From positions 35,022,570-35,056,727 of the forward strand of contig NC_068991.1 in assembly GCF_001194135.2 (NCBI RefSeq): a DNA stretch of 34,158 nt, written 5' to 3'. Under the pieces are notes generated by a model that did not search any database, was not told where the DNA came from, and was given only the letters and a program-made list of their open reading frames with translations. Of this stretch, positions 11,786-22,328 are shown piece after piece. A program made the translations under genes and the position numbers. This stretch comes from Octopus bimaculoides. Lineage: Eukaryota. Each line of letters begins with the position of its first letter. Positions within the stretch are counted from its first letter, which is position 1.

Positions 11786-13923
11786 CACAACATAACAATG
11801 TTCAAAAAAAAATTTGTTTATTGTATTTTTTTTATTGTTTATCAATCCATTTTTTCTGCTGATTCCAAAACTGAAATTATTTTTTGTATATCATCAACAG
11901 TTAAAAAAAATATGTCGACTTTCAATGTTATTATATAATGTTCCGCTACTAAATGTATGTCTAATTTTCTCTTTCAGACCAATTACTAAGTTCTGCTACT
12001 TTCAGAGTATGTAAAAATTCTCCAGATACATTTTGCTATGTGTGTGGTTATTAAATTGGAAAAAAAAGCAGGTATTACATAAGATCGTGAAAGGTGCCAA
12101 ATTGCGGATAGCGTACAGACTCTATTTCAGAATGCCCATAGGTGACCAGGACAAACCATGGGCCGCACATGTGATATGTGGAAGCTGTCAATCTAATCTA
12201 GAAGGATGGTTAAGAGGTACAGGAAGGTCAATGCCTTTTGCCATTCCAAGGGTATGGAGAGAGCCAAAGAACCATCATGATGACTATTACTTTTGTATGA
12301 TCGATGTGACAAAGTACAGAAAAGTGAAAAGACAAGCTCTTCAGTATCCAGACATACCATCATCTAGAGCACCTGTCCCACATGATGACAGTTTACGAGT
12401 ACCATTACCACCAGAAAATATTTCATCTGAAGAGTCAATAAGTAGCAGCAGCCAAGAAATGGAGGAAGCTTTCGTATCAAGAACAACTTTGGAGCCTCAC
12501 TTTCCAAATCAGAGTGAGCTAGATGATTTAATCAGGAATCTGGGTCTTACTAAGTCGGGAGCTGAACTTCTTTCATCAAGGTTGAAGGAATGGAATCTAC
12601 TGGGGGATGACTGTAAGACATCTGTGTACCGGAAACACCATGAAGAATTTGAAATTTACTATGAAAATGTTAATGATCTGTGCAATTGTAAAGATGTGAT
12701 TGGTTTGTTTACTGCTATTGGACTCAAGCATGATTCTGCAGAATGGCGACTGTTCATAGATAGCTCAATATGAAATCTCAAAGCAGCATTGCTCCACAAT
12801 GGAAATAAATATCTTTCTTTGCCTCTTGCACACTCCATACAGAAGAAAGAAAATTATGATAATGTCAAAGAACTTCTCGCTGAGTTCAAGTGGGATGTTT
12901 GGGGTGATTTCAAGATGCTTACCTTCTTGCTTGGCTTGCAAGGGTGATACACAAAGTATTCATGTTTCCTTTGCTTATGAGACAGCAGAGCTGATGATGA
13001 TCATTACAAGAGAGTACATTGGCCCCCATGAGTTGAACTGCAGCCAGGAATGTTAAATGTTCTCAAACAGCCTCTAGTAGATTCCAAAAAAATCTTATTA
13101 CCCCCACGGCCTTAGATTTTAGAGGAGAAGCTTTTCAAGAAATTTGTCTTATGTTTCCAAAGCTATCTGAGACTAAGATCAAGGGTGGCATATTTGTTGG
13201 GCCCCAAGTAAATGCAATGTTAAAATCGAAGAAACTGGAAAGAGCGATGACAAAAGTTGAAAAAGAAGCTTGGTGTGCATTTTATGATGTAGTTCTAGGA
13301 AATCACAAGGATCCTAATTACAAACAGCCGGTAGCAAAGCTTATCGAAAACTTCAAGAAAATAGGTTGTTGTATGTCCTTAAAGGTTCATTTTTTGCACT
13401 CTCACCTAGGTTTTTTCCCTGAAAACTTGGGTGATGTCAGTGTGGAGCATGGTGAGAAATTTCATCAGGACATCGCAACTATGGAAAGAAGATACCAAGG
13501 ACGATGGGATACTGCTATGATGGGAGATTATATATGGTCTCTATTCAGAAGACATGAAGGTATACACTCCAGAAAATCTCGATCGTCAAAGCACTTCTCA
13601 TCTTAAGAAAAGAGTTATCAAGGAATTTACAGTGCAGAGTTTTACTGTTTCTTTTTGTTCTAACTAATATTATACTTCCTAAATACCTTTCAGTATATGA
13701 AAAAGTACTAAATGTTATGTAATTATCCATACAATACTAGAATAGATTGAACCAACAAAGTACTGTAGAGAAAAGTTACAAATATAACGAGCAAATATGA
13801 AATTAGGACTAAATAAATAACTATCGATGTTACGTCAAAATGAATGTGATTTTTAAATTTAGTGGAAAAAAATGCATATATGAACATTAAAAAATACAAA
13901 TAAACAAAACGTGTTACATTGTG
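11786..13923 (+). mobile_element. Chapaev3-like (CMC superfamily) DNA transposon, full span, inactive
   Basis: CAC...GTG termini; imperfect TIRs (CACAACATAACA..TTTGTTTATT vs CACAATGTAACA..TTTGTTTATT); 3-bp TSD TAA at 11783-11785 and 13924-13926; transposase remnants inside. The subfamily name comes from termini, TSD and recalled motifs. Confidence 0.8.
12005..13606 (+). pseudogene. Fragmented Chapaev3-like transposase
   Basis: CKNSPDTFCYVCG, QDKPWAAHVICGSC, WREPKNHHDDYYFC, WRLFIDSS, SLKAALLHNGN, GDFKML, KYSCFLC, GIFVGPQ, KVHFLHSHL and EHGEKFHQDIATMERRYQGRW. Stops, frameshifts and loss of the LHIKLG-type segment after LLPP (about 13105). Confidence 0.88.
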
Positions 13924-14369
13924 TAATTAATGAGTGTTACGTAGGTTTGCAGCATTGAGTTAGGTTCCTCATGAAAGTTTGCAACAACTACAATAAAAAT
14001 TTCATTAATAAGCAATGTCAACTGTCAGTGAATGTACCTTTTGTTTTTTTCTTTTGATAATGTTCATTCACTTGACATTGCCTTGTGCTAATATAACCAA
14101 TTTAACTTCCTTTCAGAGGATGGCTAGACACATATTCAAAAGTTTTGTTCATTTCTTTTCCCCTAAGCATAAAAAATAAAACTGATTCCTTCCCTTCGTT
14201 AATCCAATGAGCTGCTAAATAATATGAATGGCTTAACAGTCAACAGATTATAGATTTTTCAGTCACTTAAATGAAAAGCTTTATAGGAATGGCACAAAAA
14301 ATTTTGTTTAAATAAATTTTTGCAAACATTAAGTAATTTAAATATCATCCCAGTAAAAGCACACAGGGC

Positions 14370-14540
14370 AAAATGCTTCGTGATACTTCATCCATCTACA
14401 TGCTCTGAGTTCAAATTCCACCAAAGTTAACTTTGCCTTTCATCCTTTTGGGGTCAATTAAATAAGCACTGGGGTTGATGTAATCGATTTACCCCTTACC
14501 CCAAAATTGCTGGTTTTGTGCCAAAATTTGAAATCAATAT
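14370..14540 (+). mobile_element. tRNA-derived SINE fragment with a conserved central domain
   Basis: B-box GAGTTCAAATTCC followed by CTTTGCCTTTCATCCTTTTGGGGTC..AATAAG. Same family as 23790-23947 on the minus strand. Confidence 0.75.
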
Positions 14541-14861
14541 CATCTCAGTAAAAAAGGAATGTAAAAAAAAAAAGAATTTCATTTGGCTTATATTGCTCCC
14601 TGGAAAGATATTTTAATTGCAGTTTAATTAAGGCAAAGCAAAAATATTCTGTAATTCTGCCAAAACACAGTTGTTTTAGACTAATTATTTTGTTTAAAAA
14701 TCTTCTTTACCAGTCTCTTCACAAAATAAATATTTATATTCAAAAATATTTCAAAATAATATACTCACAAATAATTACCGAAAATGCTCATAGAAACTCT
14801 TTCCTCCTATTGGATGTCTCTTAGTTTTTTCATTTTATCATTTTTTTTTTCATTTTATCTA

Positions 14862-14895
14862 GTTTCAGCTCATAGGCTGTGGCCATGCTGGGGCA

Positions 14896-14936
<41 letters not shown>

Positions 14937-15157
14937 ATATATATTTATAGTATATGTTTGTGCGTCTGTGTTTGTCCCCCCAACGTCGCTTGACAACCGA
15001 TGCTGGTGTGTTTACGTCCCGTAACTTAGCAGTTTGGCAGAAGAGACCGATAGAATAAGTACTAGGCTTACAAAGAATAAGTCCTGGGGTCGATTTGCTC
15101 AATTAAAGGCGGTGCTCCAGCATGGCCACAGTCAAATGACTGAAACAAGTAAAAGAG
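14862..15157. mobile_element. Short non-autonomous repeat with about 34-bp terminal inverted repeats and an internal (TA)/(TG) microsatellite
   Basis: GTTTCAGCTCATAGGCTGTGGCCATGCTGGGGCA (14862-14895) is the near reverse complement of TGCTCCAGCATGGCCACAGTCAAATGACTGAAAC (15113-15146). It resembles a very abundant octopus repeat (recall, not searched). Confidence 0.75.
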
Positions 15158-15190
15158 TATATATTATTGTTGTCTTTTTGTGTGTGTATA

Positions 15191-15240
15191 CAGGGTTGGC
15201 CAAAAGTCACTTGACAGCAAATCATAATTCTATAAATACT
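15191..15240 (+). mobile_element. Isolated Tc1/mariner-type TIR fragment
   Basis: TA + CAGGGTTGGCCAAAAGTCACTTGAC; no partner TIR seen, and it abuts the RTE tail. Confidence 0.35.
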
Positions 15241-15244
15241 ATCT

Positions 15245-16530
15245 AGAGAGAGAGTGGGAGACTGCAAGATGGAGATGGTGGCAAAATGTCGGGCAAGCTC
15301 ACAAGGAACAGGGATCAGAATATAAATGAGATGGTTGAGTAAAGGAAGAGAGAGATATAGATAGTGGCAAGTGCCAGGGCATACCCTTGAGGTTCAAATG
15401 CCATAATATAAGTGATAGAATATTACGAAGGGAGTGCGATTAAAGAGTGTGAGCAATTGGTGAAAGACCTGGGTATATATAGAGTTAGAGGGGCTACTGC
15501 ATAGCAATGATACAGAGGAGCAGGGGTGTGAGGACGGGATTGGAGAGTGAGAGCTAGGCATAGTGAATGAAGGAGGAAATGCGAGAAAGAGAAGCGATGT
15601 AAATTGGTTTGTTGGTGTAGGGTGAGGGAAAAGTTTTCTTGTTATGTGTGGGTGGAATGCCAGGTCAGGGGCTAGCAGATGGCAATAATAGAGTGAGACA
15701 AGGCATGTGGGTAGAACGCACAGGTCGGGGCACGCAAGCAGATATAGTGGCATCGGGCCAAGAAGACACAATTGAGGAGTGGGAGGTAACAATAGTACAT
15801 GAAGTGGGAATGTGAAGAAGTGAAAGGATGTAGAGATGTAGTTTGGTTTATTGTGGTAGAGTAAGTAAGAAGTTTTCTACACAGCACTTCTAGAACTCAG
15901 TTTCGCTGATGTGGGTGGGTCTTCTCAAGAACTTCATATCACCAGACATCTCAGTCCATAGTCATTTCCTCCATGAGGTCCAACTTCCTGAGATCAGTCC
16001 TTACTACTTCATCCCATGTCTTCTTGGGTCTCTCTCTTCCAAGGGTACCATCCACTTTCAGTGATCAGCACTTCTTTATGCAGCTGTCCTCATTCATATG
16101 CATCACATGTCCAAACCAACGTAGTCTTCTCTCTTGGATGCTACATTGATTACTCTTATGCCCAACATTTCTCTCAATATATTTGCACTTTGCCGTACAT
16201 GTGCACTGATGCTGCAAATCCAGCGGAGCATACAACCTTCATTTCTCTCCAGTCTATGCATGTCTTCAGCATTCACTACCATGGAGTGTAGTCATTCATA
16301 CACAAGCATCATATAGTCTACCTTTCATTCTGAGAGAGAGGCCTTTTGTTGCCAACAGAGATAATAACTCTCTAAACTTCCTCCACCCAATTCTTATTCT
16401 AGAAACAATACTTTCAGAGCATCCTCCACTATTGCTAATTTGGTCACCTAGGTAACAGAAACTATCTACAACCTCAAGAGAGCCTCCTGGGCATTTGAGA
16501 GAATCTAAAACCTATGTGCTCTTAGTGCTT
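15245..16530 (-). mobile_element. 5'-truncated RTE LINE 3' fragment
   Basis: Minus strand gives LEVVDSFCYLGDQIS, RIRIGWRKFRELL, GRLYDACV and KTWDEVVRTDLRKL, then the same pyrimidine-rich 3' region as 8540-9400. Confidence 0.85.
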
Positions 16531-16595
16531 ATTGTTCCTGCACACAAATATATATAATTATTTTGTCTTTTTGTGTGTGTATATATGTATATATA

Positions 16596-16939
16596 NNNNN
16601 NNNNNNNNNNNNNNNNNNNNNNNNNNNNNNNNNNNNNNNNNNNNNNNNNNNNNNNNNNNNNNNNNNNNNNNNNNNNNNNNNNNNNNNNNNNNNNNNNNNN
16701 NNNNNNNNNNNNNNNNNNNNNNNNNNNNNNNNNNNNNNNNNNNNNNNNNNNNNNNNNNNNNNNNNNNNNNNNNNNNNNNNNNNNNNNNNNNNNNNNNNNN
16801 NNNNNNNNNNNNNNNNNNNNNNNNNNNNNNNNNNNNNNNNNNNNNNNNNNNNNNNNNNNNNNNNNNNNNNNNNNNNNNNNNNNNNNNNNNNNNNNNNNNN
16901 NNNNNNNNNNNNNNNNNNNNNNNNNNNNNNNNNNNNNNN
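16596..16939. other. Assembly gap (N run)
   Basis: 344 N; the overlapping ORF-track entries are artefacts. Confidence 1.
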
Positions 16940-17049
16940 AATGTGCATTCTATTTTTTTTCCTAACCCCCATACTTACAGAGAAAATCGATTAAAACAAC
17001 CTGAGTGTGTGTCACTGAAGCCATTCATACATATATACATATAATAAAT

Positions 17050-17950
17050 AAATAAACTGAATGATAAATTTCAGTTATCACTCTCTCTATCTTTCTTTCT
17101 CTCTCTCATATACACATATACCATCAACATTACTCTCTCTGTCGCGCACACCCCATCAAACATACACACTCACACAGACATACGCACGCACATCAATTCT
17201 CCCTTCTCACCACAACTTCAAAAGAAGTTCAGTCATAAAACTGTCCATGTCTCTTCATTCGACGCCCACTTCAAAAGCCCGCCTTTACTTTTCACTTGTC
17301 CAACCATTGATCGAGAGATAAAACACAAACCAACTCCTGCTAAATGCAAAAATCCCGCCAAAAATACACGTACATACACACACAAACGGACATTTCATGT
17401 CTTTCAGTTTCTCTATGATTATACACGTGTTGAAAACAATAGCTCTTACATACATTTTAATCTTCAACAGGTATGCATCAATTTCTATAATATAAATTGT
17501 ATAACAATTACTTATTCCATACTTCACTTAGCTTTACTCTATCTCGCTTTCTTACCCTCTTTTTCTCTCACATACACACATACGTCCATTTTATATATTT
17601 TTCAATTTCTGCTCTCTGCAAATAAAATTTTTACGGATAAAACTGCTTACAAAAATTGCGATTAATGTATAATTTCTTTCTATGTTCATAATTAAATAAA
17701 TCTTTTAATGATTAGACAGATGTCCAATAGAATAGCTCTCACAAACAGACTACGTACAAATTCTTTCTTCACAACTTCTGAAGCCATTTTCTGACAGGAG
17801 GGGGTGAAATCTTCATACAGCTGGAGGCTCCAATCGAAATGGGACACAAAATGATCAGGTTGAGAAACGCTATTATAGATTATGCCTAACCGAAAACAAT
17901 CACAGCCACATCATCCAAACAGACTGGGTGAAACCGGGTTTAGCTGCTAG
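17050..17950 (+). mobile_element. Possible non-autonomous Helitron-like repeat (3' end)
   Basis: Imperfect hairpin ACTGGGTGAAACCGGGT (17923-17939) followed 7 nt later by CTAG (17947-17950). The 5' end is not defined, and the next base is C rather than the expected T. Confidence 0.35.
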
Positions 17951-18326
17951 CATACATATATAAATACATATATGCAATTGTCAGATTTACAATTATTCCA
18001 ACACATCTTTAGGTTCTTTCCTCTAATCACCATTTTAGTACCAGCAAAAAAAGGAAGATATGTATTTGAAATTTTCTTGTTATATATCACATTTAAACAC
18101 AGACATTTGTGTTCTGATGTATAATTTTATATCTCACATTCTGTATTTGACATATACTTGATTTTACATGATTGATATATATACTAATTCATATTTATAA
18201 TGTATAATTTATAAATTTTAATTCTTAATATTACAAAGCATAATTATGATTTTTAATTTTTAATATTTAATTGCATTGCTTATTTTTTAAAGGAATGTAA
18301 AATTAGATATATAATATTTTGAAAAA

Positions 18327-18460
18327 GAACCTGAAGATGTGTTGGAATAATTGTAAATCTGACGATTGCATATATGTATTTATATATGTATATATATATG
18401 TATACAGTTGTGTATATGTATATATATTGTAATCTTCCAATACTGAAACACGTGTAGTTC
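18327..18460 (+). ncRNA. Type I hammerhead ribozyme motif (PLE-type), core intact, microsatellite-expanded stem II loop
   Basis: Stem I GAAC/GTTC; CTGAAGA (18331-18337); stem II GTGTTGGAA/TTCCAATAC plus GATTGCA/TGTAATC; GAAA (18445-18448); palindromic stem III ACACGTGT; GUA site; AATAAA at 18471. The 10.1-11.1 pair is U-U. Confidence 0.78.
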
Positions 18461-18825
18461 CTTCATATTTAATAAATTTAAGTATTAACTAAAGTAGTAG
18501 ATAATTAACAAAATATAATATATACCCTGCTGGTAATTTTGGTTATATACTTTAAGTATCATTTCGTGACGTGCAAACTGATACCATAAGTTTACTTTCA
18601 GATATACTCATTAGGTTATTTTTTGTATTATCTGAAATAGAATACCCACATATCGATTAATCCCACCAAAATTGAATTGATATTGACTTTTATCAGATAC
18701 TTTGTATATTTATAGATAAATATATAAATATATGATAAATAAGATCCCAAAGTACGAAATGTAGATGCATATATTGCTGAAGGGTTGTACCAGATTGATT
18801 TGGAAATTTGTTTTCCCAAATTATT

Positions 18826-18828
<3 letters not shown>

Positions 18829-18884
<56 letters not shown>
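18829..18884. repeat. (AT)n microsatellite
   Basis: Pure AT run of about 28 units. Confidence 0.99.
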
Positions 18885-18888
<4 letters not shown>

Positions 18889-18954
18889 TTCAACTTACGT
18901 TGAAAGTCAACAAACAAAGTTTGCTTTAGAAACGTTGAGATTCATTGAAAGTTA

Positions 18955-19160
18955 CAGATGAGGAAATAATTTTATTCTCAAATGCTAATAATATAGTATG
19001 AACAGGATAAACTATCCACATTTTTGCAGAAAAATCTGTCAGTGGCTAGCCATGAGAGTCTCATGGTTGGCTGCCGACAAATTTTTCTGCAAAAATGTGG
19101 ATAGTTTATCCTGTTCATGCTATATTATTAGCATTTGACAATAAAATTATTCCTTATCTG
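18955..19160. mobile_element. Fully palindromic MITE (Tc1/mariner type, TA TSD)
   Basis: TA-CAG...CTG-TA; two arms of about 103 bp pair around G19058, with about 10 mismatches and one indel by eye. Confidence 0.9.
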
Positions 19161-19190
19161 TATCATATATATATTGTGTATTGTTCAATG

Positions 19191-19236
19191 TGTCCTTCCC
19201 TAATTTAAGACTAAGGTCTTAAATTAGGGAAGGACA
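19191..19236. repeat. Perfect 21-bp inverted repeat with a 4-nt loop
   Basis: TGTCCTTCCCTAATTTAAGAC-TAAG-GTCTTAAATTAGGGAAGGACA. Confidence 0.97.
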
Positions 19237-19389
19237 GAGTGTGTCTGTGAGAAATTTGGCTGCTATTTCTAGCTTGTTGAGTGACAATGTAGATCCTTCT
19301 TTTGTTGGCTGGAAGTAGACAGTGTTGTTGTTAAGTTCTAGTTCAGCATTGACTGTACAGGTCTATTCTAGTTATACTGTCTAGTCTTT

Positions 19390-20170
19390 GTGTACATCAA
19401 GAATTATGTTGTCCAATGATGCTGAAGCTATGGATATCTTGTACAGCATTGCCTGCTTCAGTTGGCCTTATTTTCTCAGGATCAATATGGACAAGATGAA
19501 AGCTCTAACAACAGATGGCTTGCTGTCCATTGTGCATATTGATGGTATTCTGAATGAGTAGGTCCAAGAGTTCAAATACCACAGCTCACTGGTTGTGGAG
19601 AAGAAAATGGCATCAACAGCAGAGATCAATTGCTGAATCAGGCCTGCAACTTCTGTGTTCACATCCCATTGATGGAGTGTATGAAAGAAGCCTAACATCA
19701 ATCTTTTCTGCACGCTGGTTCTGCTTGTCCTCTACAGTGCTGAAACTTGGATCATCCTCAAACAAGACCTGAACAAGCTTAAGGTGTTCCAAATGCAGTG
19801 TCTGTATCAGATCATTGGTGTATTTCTATGTGACTGAATCTCAAATAATGTCTGAGAACAATGCCAGCAGCAGCCAACCGTTGAAGACTAAGTTTGGCAG
19901 TGCAGGCTACAGTTGTTGTGCACCAGAAGATTATCACACCTTTTGTGACAGTAGCAACTTACGCATTGGAGAATCCAATGCAATGCATCAAAGACGACAT
20001 GGGTGAAACAAATTGAAGACCTGAAGTTGTAGTACCTTGACCTCATGCATGCTAAGGCCAATGCCATGGATTGGAAAGCATGGGATAATATCATCATTAG
20101 AATCTGTCATCCAGTGGCATGCACAGCAGTACATTGGTTGAGAGGACAGCCTCCTCCTCCAGTCACCAGC
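19390..20170 (+). mobile_element. Old RTE-like LINE 3' fragment (different family from the other RTE copies)
   Basis: LRINMDKMK, VQEFKY, VLYSAETWII..DLNKLKVFQMQCLYQIIG; no PHD-like insert; many stops. Confidence 0.75.
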
Positions 20171-20518
20171 TAGGTTATTTATATTGTCCAATATATCCTT
20201 TATTTAAGACAATTGAGTATGATTTGAGGGACATTTAGTACTATTTCCTTCAGGTGAAGTAATGATACAGAAGTGCTTCTGTTGAGCCAGGAGGGCCAAT
20301 TTAGTTCATTTTACACTGAATGTACAGCCTTTTTACCATTTTAGGTGAAAAAACCCATTGAGTTATGTTCCTGCATAATTTTAGTGCTTTTTATTATAAT
20401 TTAGAGCCAAAGTTAGTGTCTTTCCATTAAAGTGGAATCAGAATTTAATTGAGATTTTACTGTCCAAAATTTAGGCAGAAAGTTTGTAATTAGAAAAACT
20501 GTTCTATTCTTTTTAAAG

Positions 20519-20560
20519 AAAATTGTTTATGAAGTTCAGAATCAACAAAAAAAAATTGTG
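20519..20560 (+). CDS. Predicted host-gene exon 1 of 7 visible (KIVYEVQNQQKKIV), phase 0-0
   Basis: ttctattctttttaaag|...GTG|gtatgg; 42 nt. Confidence 0.5.
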
Positions 20561-20921
20561 GTATGGAGAAAAAAGTGTGATTCAGCTATCACATGGATCT
20601 TCTCATAATGCCAATCCTTTCTAGATGGGATATATTCATTGGAGCCCTACCTGCCTAACCTCTGGTCAGACTGTAATGGCAAATTCCCTCAACCACCAAA
20701 TCCATCCTGAATGACAGCCCCCAAAGCAAAAGAGACCCACACTAATCATCCTTCCAATCTCATGGCCTCCTTTACTACTCTCCTTTCGGCAAGGACCCTC
20801 AGCCATTTGCATGACGTAACTGACCCTATACTTTTGGCCCATCTCAGTTTCACAAATTTGAAGCAGAAAACAAGTCAACCAAATTATTGAATGATCCTTA
20901 ATGTGTCATTGATTTGCCAAG

Positions 20922-21014
20922 TTATATTATAATGCCTGGAAAGAAGCTAATAAAGACGTTTCAGTGCAGGATTATTTAGATTCAAAGCCATATCTTGGTA
21001 ATCAATTTGAGAAG
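20922..21014 (+). CDS. Predicted exon 2 (LYYNAWKEANKDVSVQDYLDSKPYLGNQFEK), phase 0-0
   Basis: gatttgccaag|...AAG|gtgatg; 93 nt, open. Confidence 0.65.
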
Positions 21015-21138
21015 GTGATGTCAGAGTGCAAATTTATTGAGCAGGCCAATACTTGATATTTGTTGTGGAAATTTTGGAGTAAATTTAACAGCGTCTTCCA
21101 GATAATTTTCGTCTTTCACAATTAATTAATTATTTTAG

Positions 21139-21189
21139 TGTAAGAGAATGTCTCAAATCAATAAAACCGAGAATTATAGACCTTACAAA
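21139..21189 (+). CDS. Predicted exon 3 (CKRMSQINKTENYRPYK), phase 0-0
   Basis: tattttag|...AAA|gtattt; 51 nt. Confidence 0.6.
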
Positions 21190-21512
21190 GTATTTTAATG
21201 AAGATTCAGAGATCCTGACAAAAATTAATTTTCAGCAGAAAATTTTTTTAAATGTACGATAGACAAGGTTTCAAACAGTTTTTTTTTGGGGGGGGGGATC
21301 AATTTGTCTAAGTTAGCTTTAAGCATTTCTCATATCACATACAAATGTTTATGTGGAAAGAGTATTTAGTCACATGAATTTTATGAAATCAAATGAGTGC
21401 GTTTAATTTTAAGCATAGAAACTCAGAGAAATTTTGACCATCAAATAAGGACTTAAAACGAAATGGTAATGTAAATGTTATTATCATTGTACACTATATT
21501 TAATACTTAAAG

Positions 21513-21604
21513 AAAACTGGATCCAAGGATGCTTATAAATCATGTGAAATAGCAGCTTCTACATCAAAAGAAATTGATCAGGAAATCTTCGAAAATATTA
21601 CGAA
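21513..21604 (+). CDS. Predicted exon 4 (KTGSKDAYKSCEIAASTSKEIDQEIFENIT+AA), phase 0-2
   Basis: aatacttaaag|...GAA|gtaaaa; 92 nt, open. Confidence 0.65.
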
Positions 21605-21716
21605 GTAAAAATAAAAGTAATTATGTTAATTTCATTTAATGTAATTAGAGGTGAAATTTTTTATTATAAATCTTTTGATATTTACACCTATGTGATTTTT
21701 TGTTGTTGTTGTTTAG

Positions 21717-21729
21717 GTGCTTTAGAAAG
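21717..21729 (+). CDS. Predicted 13-nt micro-exon 5 (K-CFRK), phase 2-0
   Basis: ttttttgttgttgttgtttag|GTGCTTTAGAAAG|gtgggc; restores frame. Confidence 0.55.
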
Positions 21730-21828
21730 GTGGGCATTTTTCACTTATATTTACTGTTCTTATATCTTTTAGCTATCGTAATAGTGCTTTTTAAAAAATT
21801 GAATCGGCAACACTATGTTTAATACCAG

Positions 21829-21857
21829 TATGCACAAAGGATGGAAATACACCATGG
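21829..21857 (+). CDS. Predicted exon 6 (YAQRMEIHH+GG), phase 0-2
   Basis: tttaataccag|...TGG|gtaggt; 29 nt. Confidence 0.55.
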
Positions 21858-21932
21858 GTAGGTCTACAGCAAGCAGACTTGGCGATACTCTCTCGTCTGT
21901 CAAAATATAAATTCTCTTGCTTTTCTTTATAG

Positions 21933-22092
21933 AAATGGTTGGCTTAAAAGGCGGTGTGATGTTTCATTCCTTCAGAAATGTGGTAATTGTAAGAAACTAA
22001 GCAAAGTTTCAGTTATTTGGGAGGGTATGATAAATGACGAGGTGAAGGGCTGGCAGTATTTCGATTGTATATATAGTTGTACTTACATATAA
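21933..22092 (+). CDS. Predicted terminal exon 7 (G-NGWLKRRCDVSFLQKCGNCKKLSKVSVIWEGMINDEVKGWQYFDCIYSCTYI*)
   Basis: ttgcttttctttatag| acceptor; 52 open codons in the phase set by exon 6; TAA at 22090-22092. Confidence 0.62.
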
Positions 22093-22096
22093 TAAA
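22091..22096 (+). terminator. Candidate polyadenylation signal
   Basis: AATAAA overlapping the predicted stop codon. The hexamer is common in AT-rich DNA. Confidence 0.45.
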
Positions 22097-22328
22097 GATT
22101 TATCTGCAAAATTCCTAAAAAAATCATTTTCTTTTATTTTCCATGAAGTTAAGTCTCAAGATCCAAAATATTCTCACCTTTCATATGTAATAACAGTATT
22201 AACAACAACAATGAACATATAACACACACACATACAAGCATTTAAAACTACCTTATTTAATGTAACATACTATTAGAAAATTCGTACTTCCGATTCTTTC
22301 CATCTCACTCCACCCAAATAACCTATCT

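Noticed and set aside
14012-14081. Hairpin GCAATGTCA..AGTGAATG / CATTCACT-TGACATTGC as a pre-miRNA
   Set aside because: Only 17 bp with a 6-nt bulge and a 30-nt T-rich loop; no recognisable mature sequence.
18628-18819. 63-aa minus ORF with IWYNP resembling a Penelope linker motif
   Set aside because: Only one short motif matches; the surrounding residues do not.
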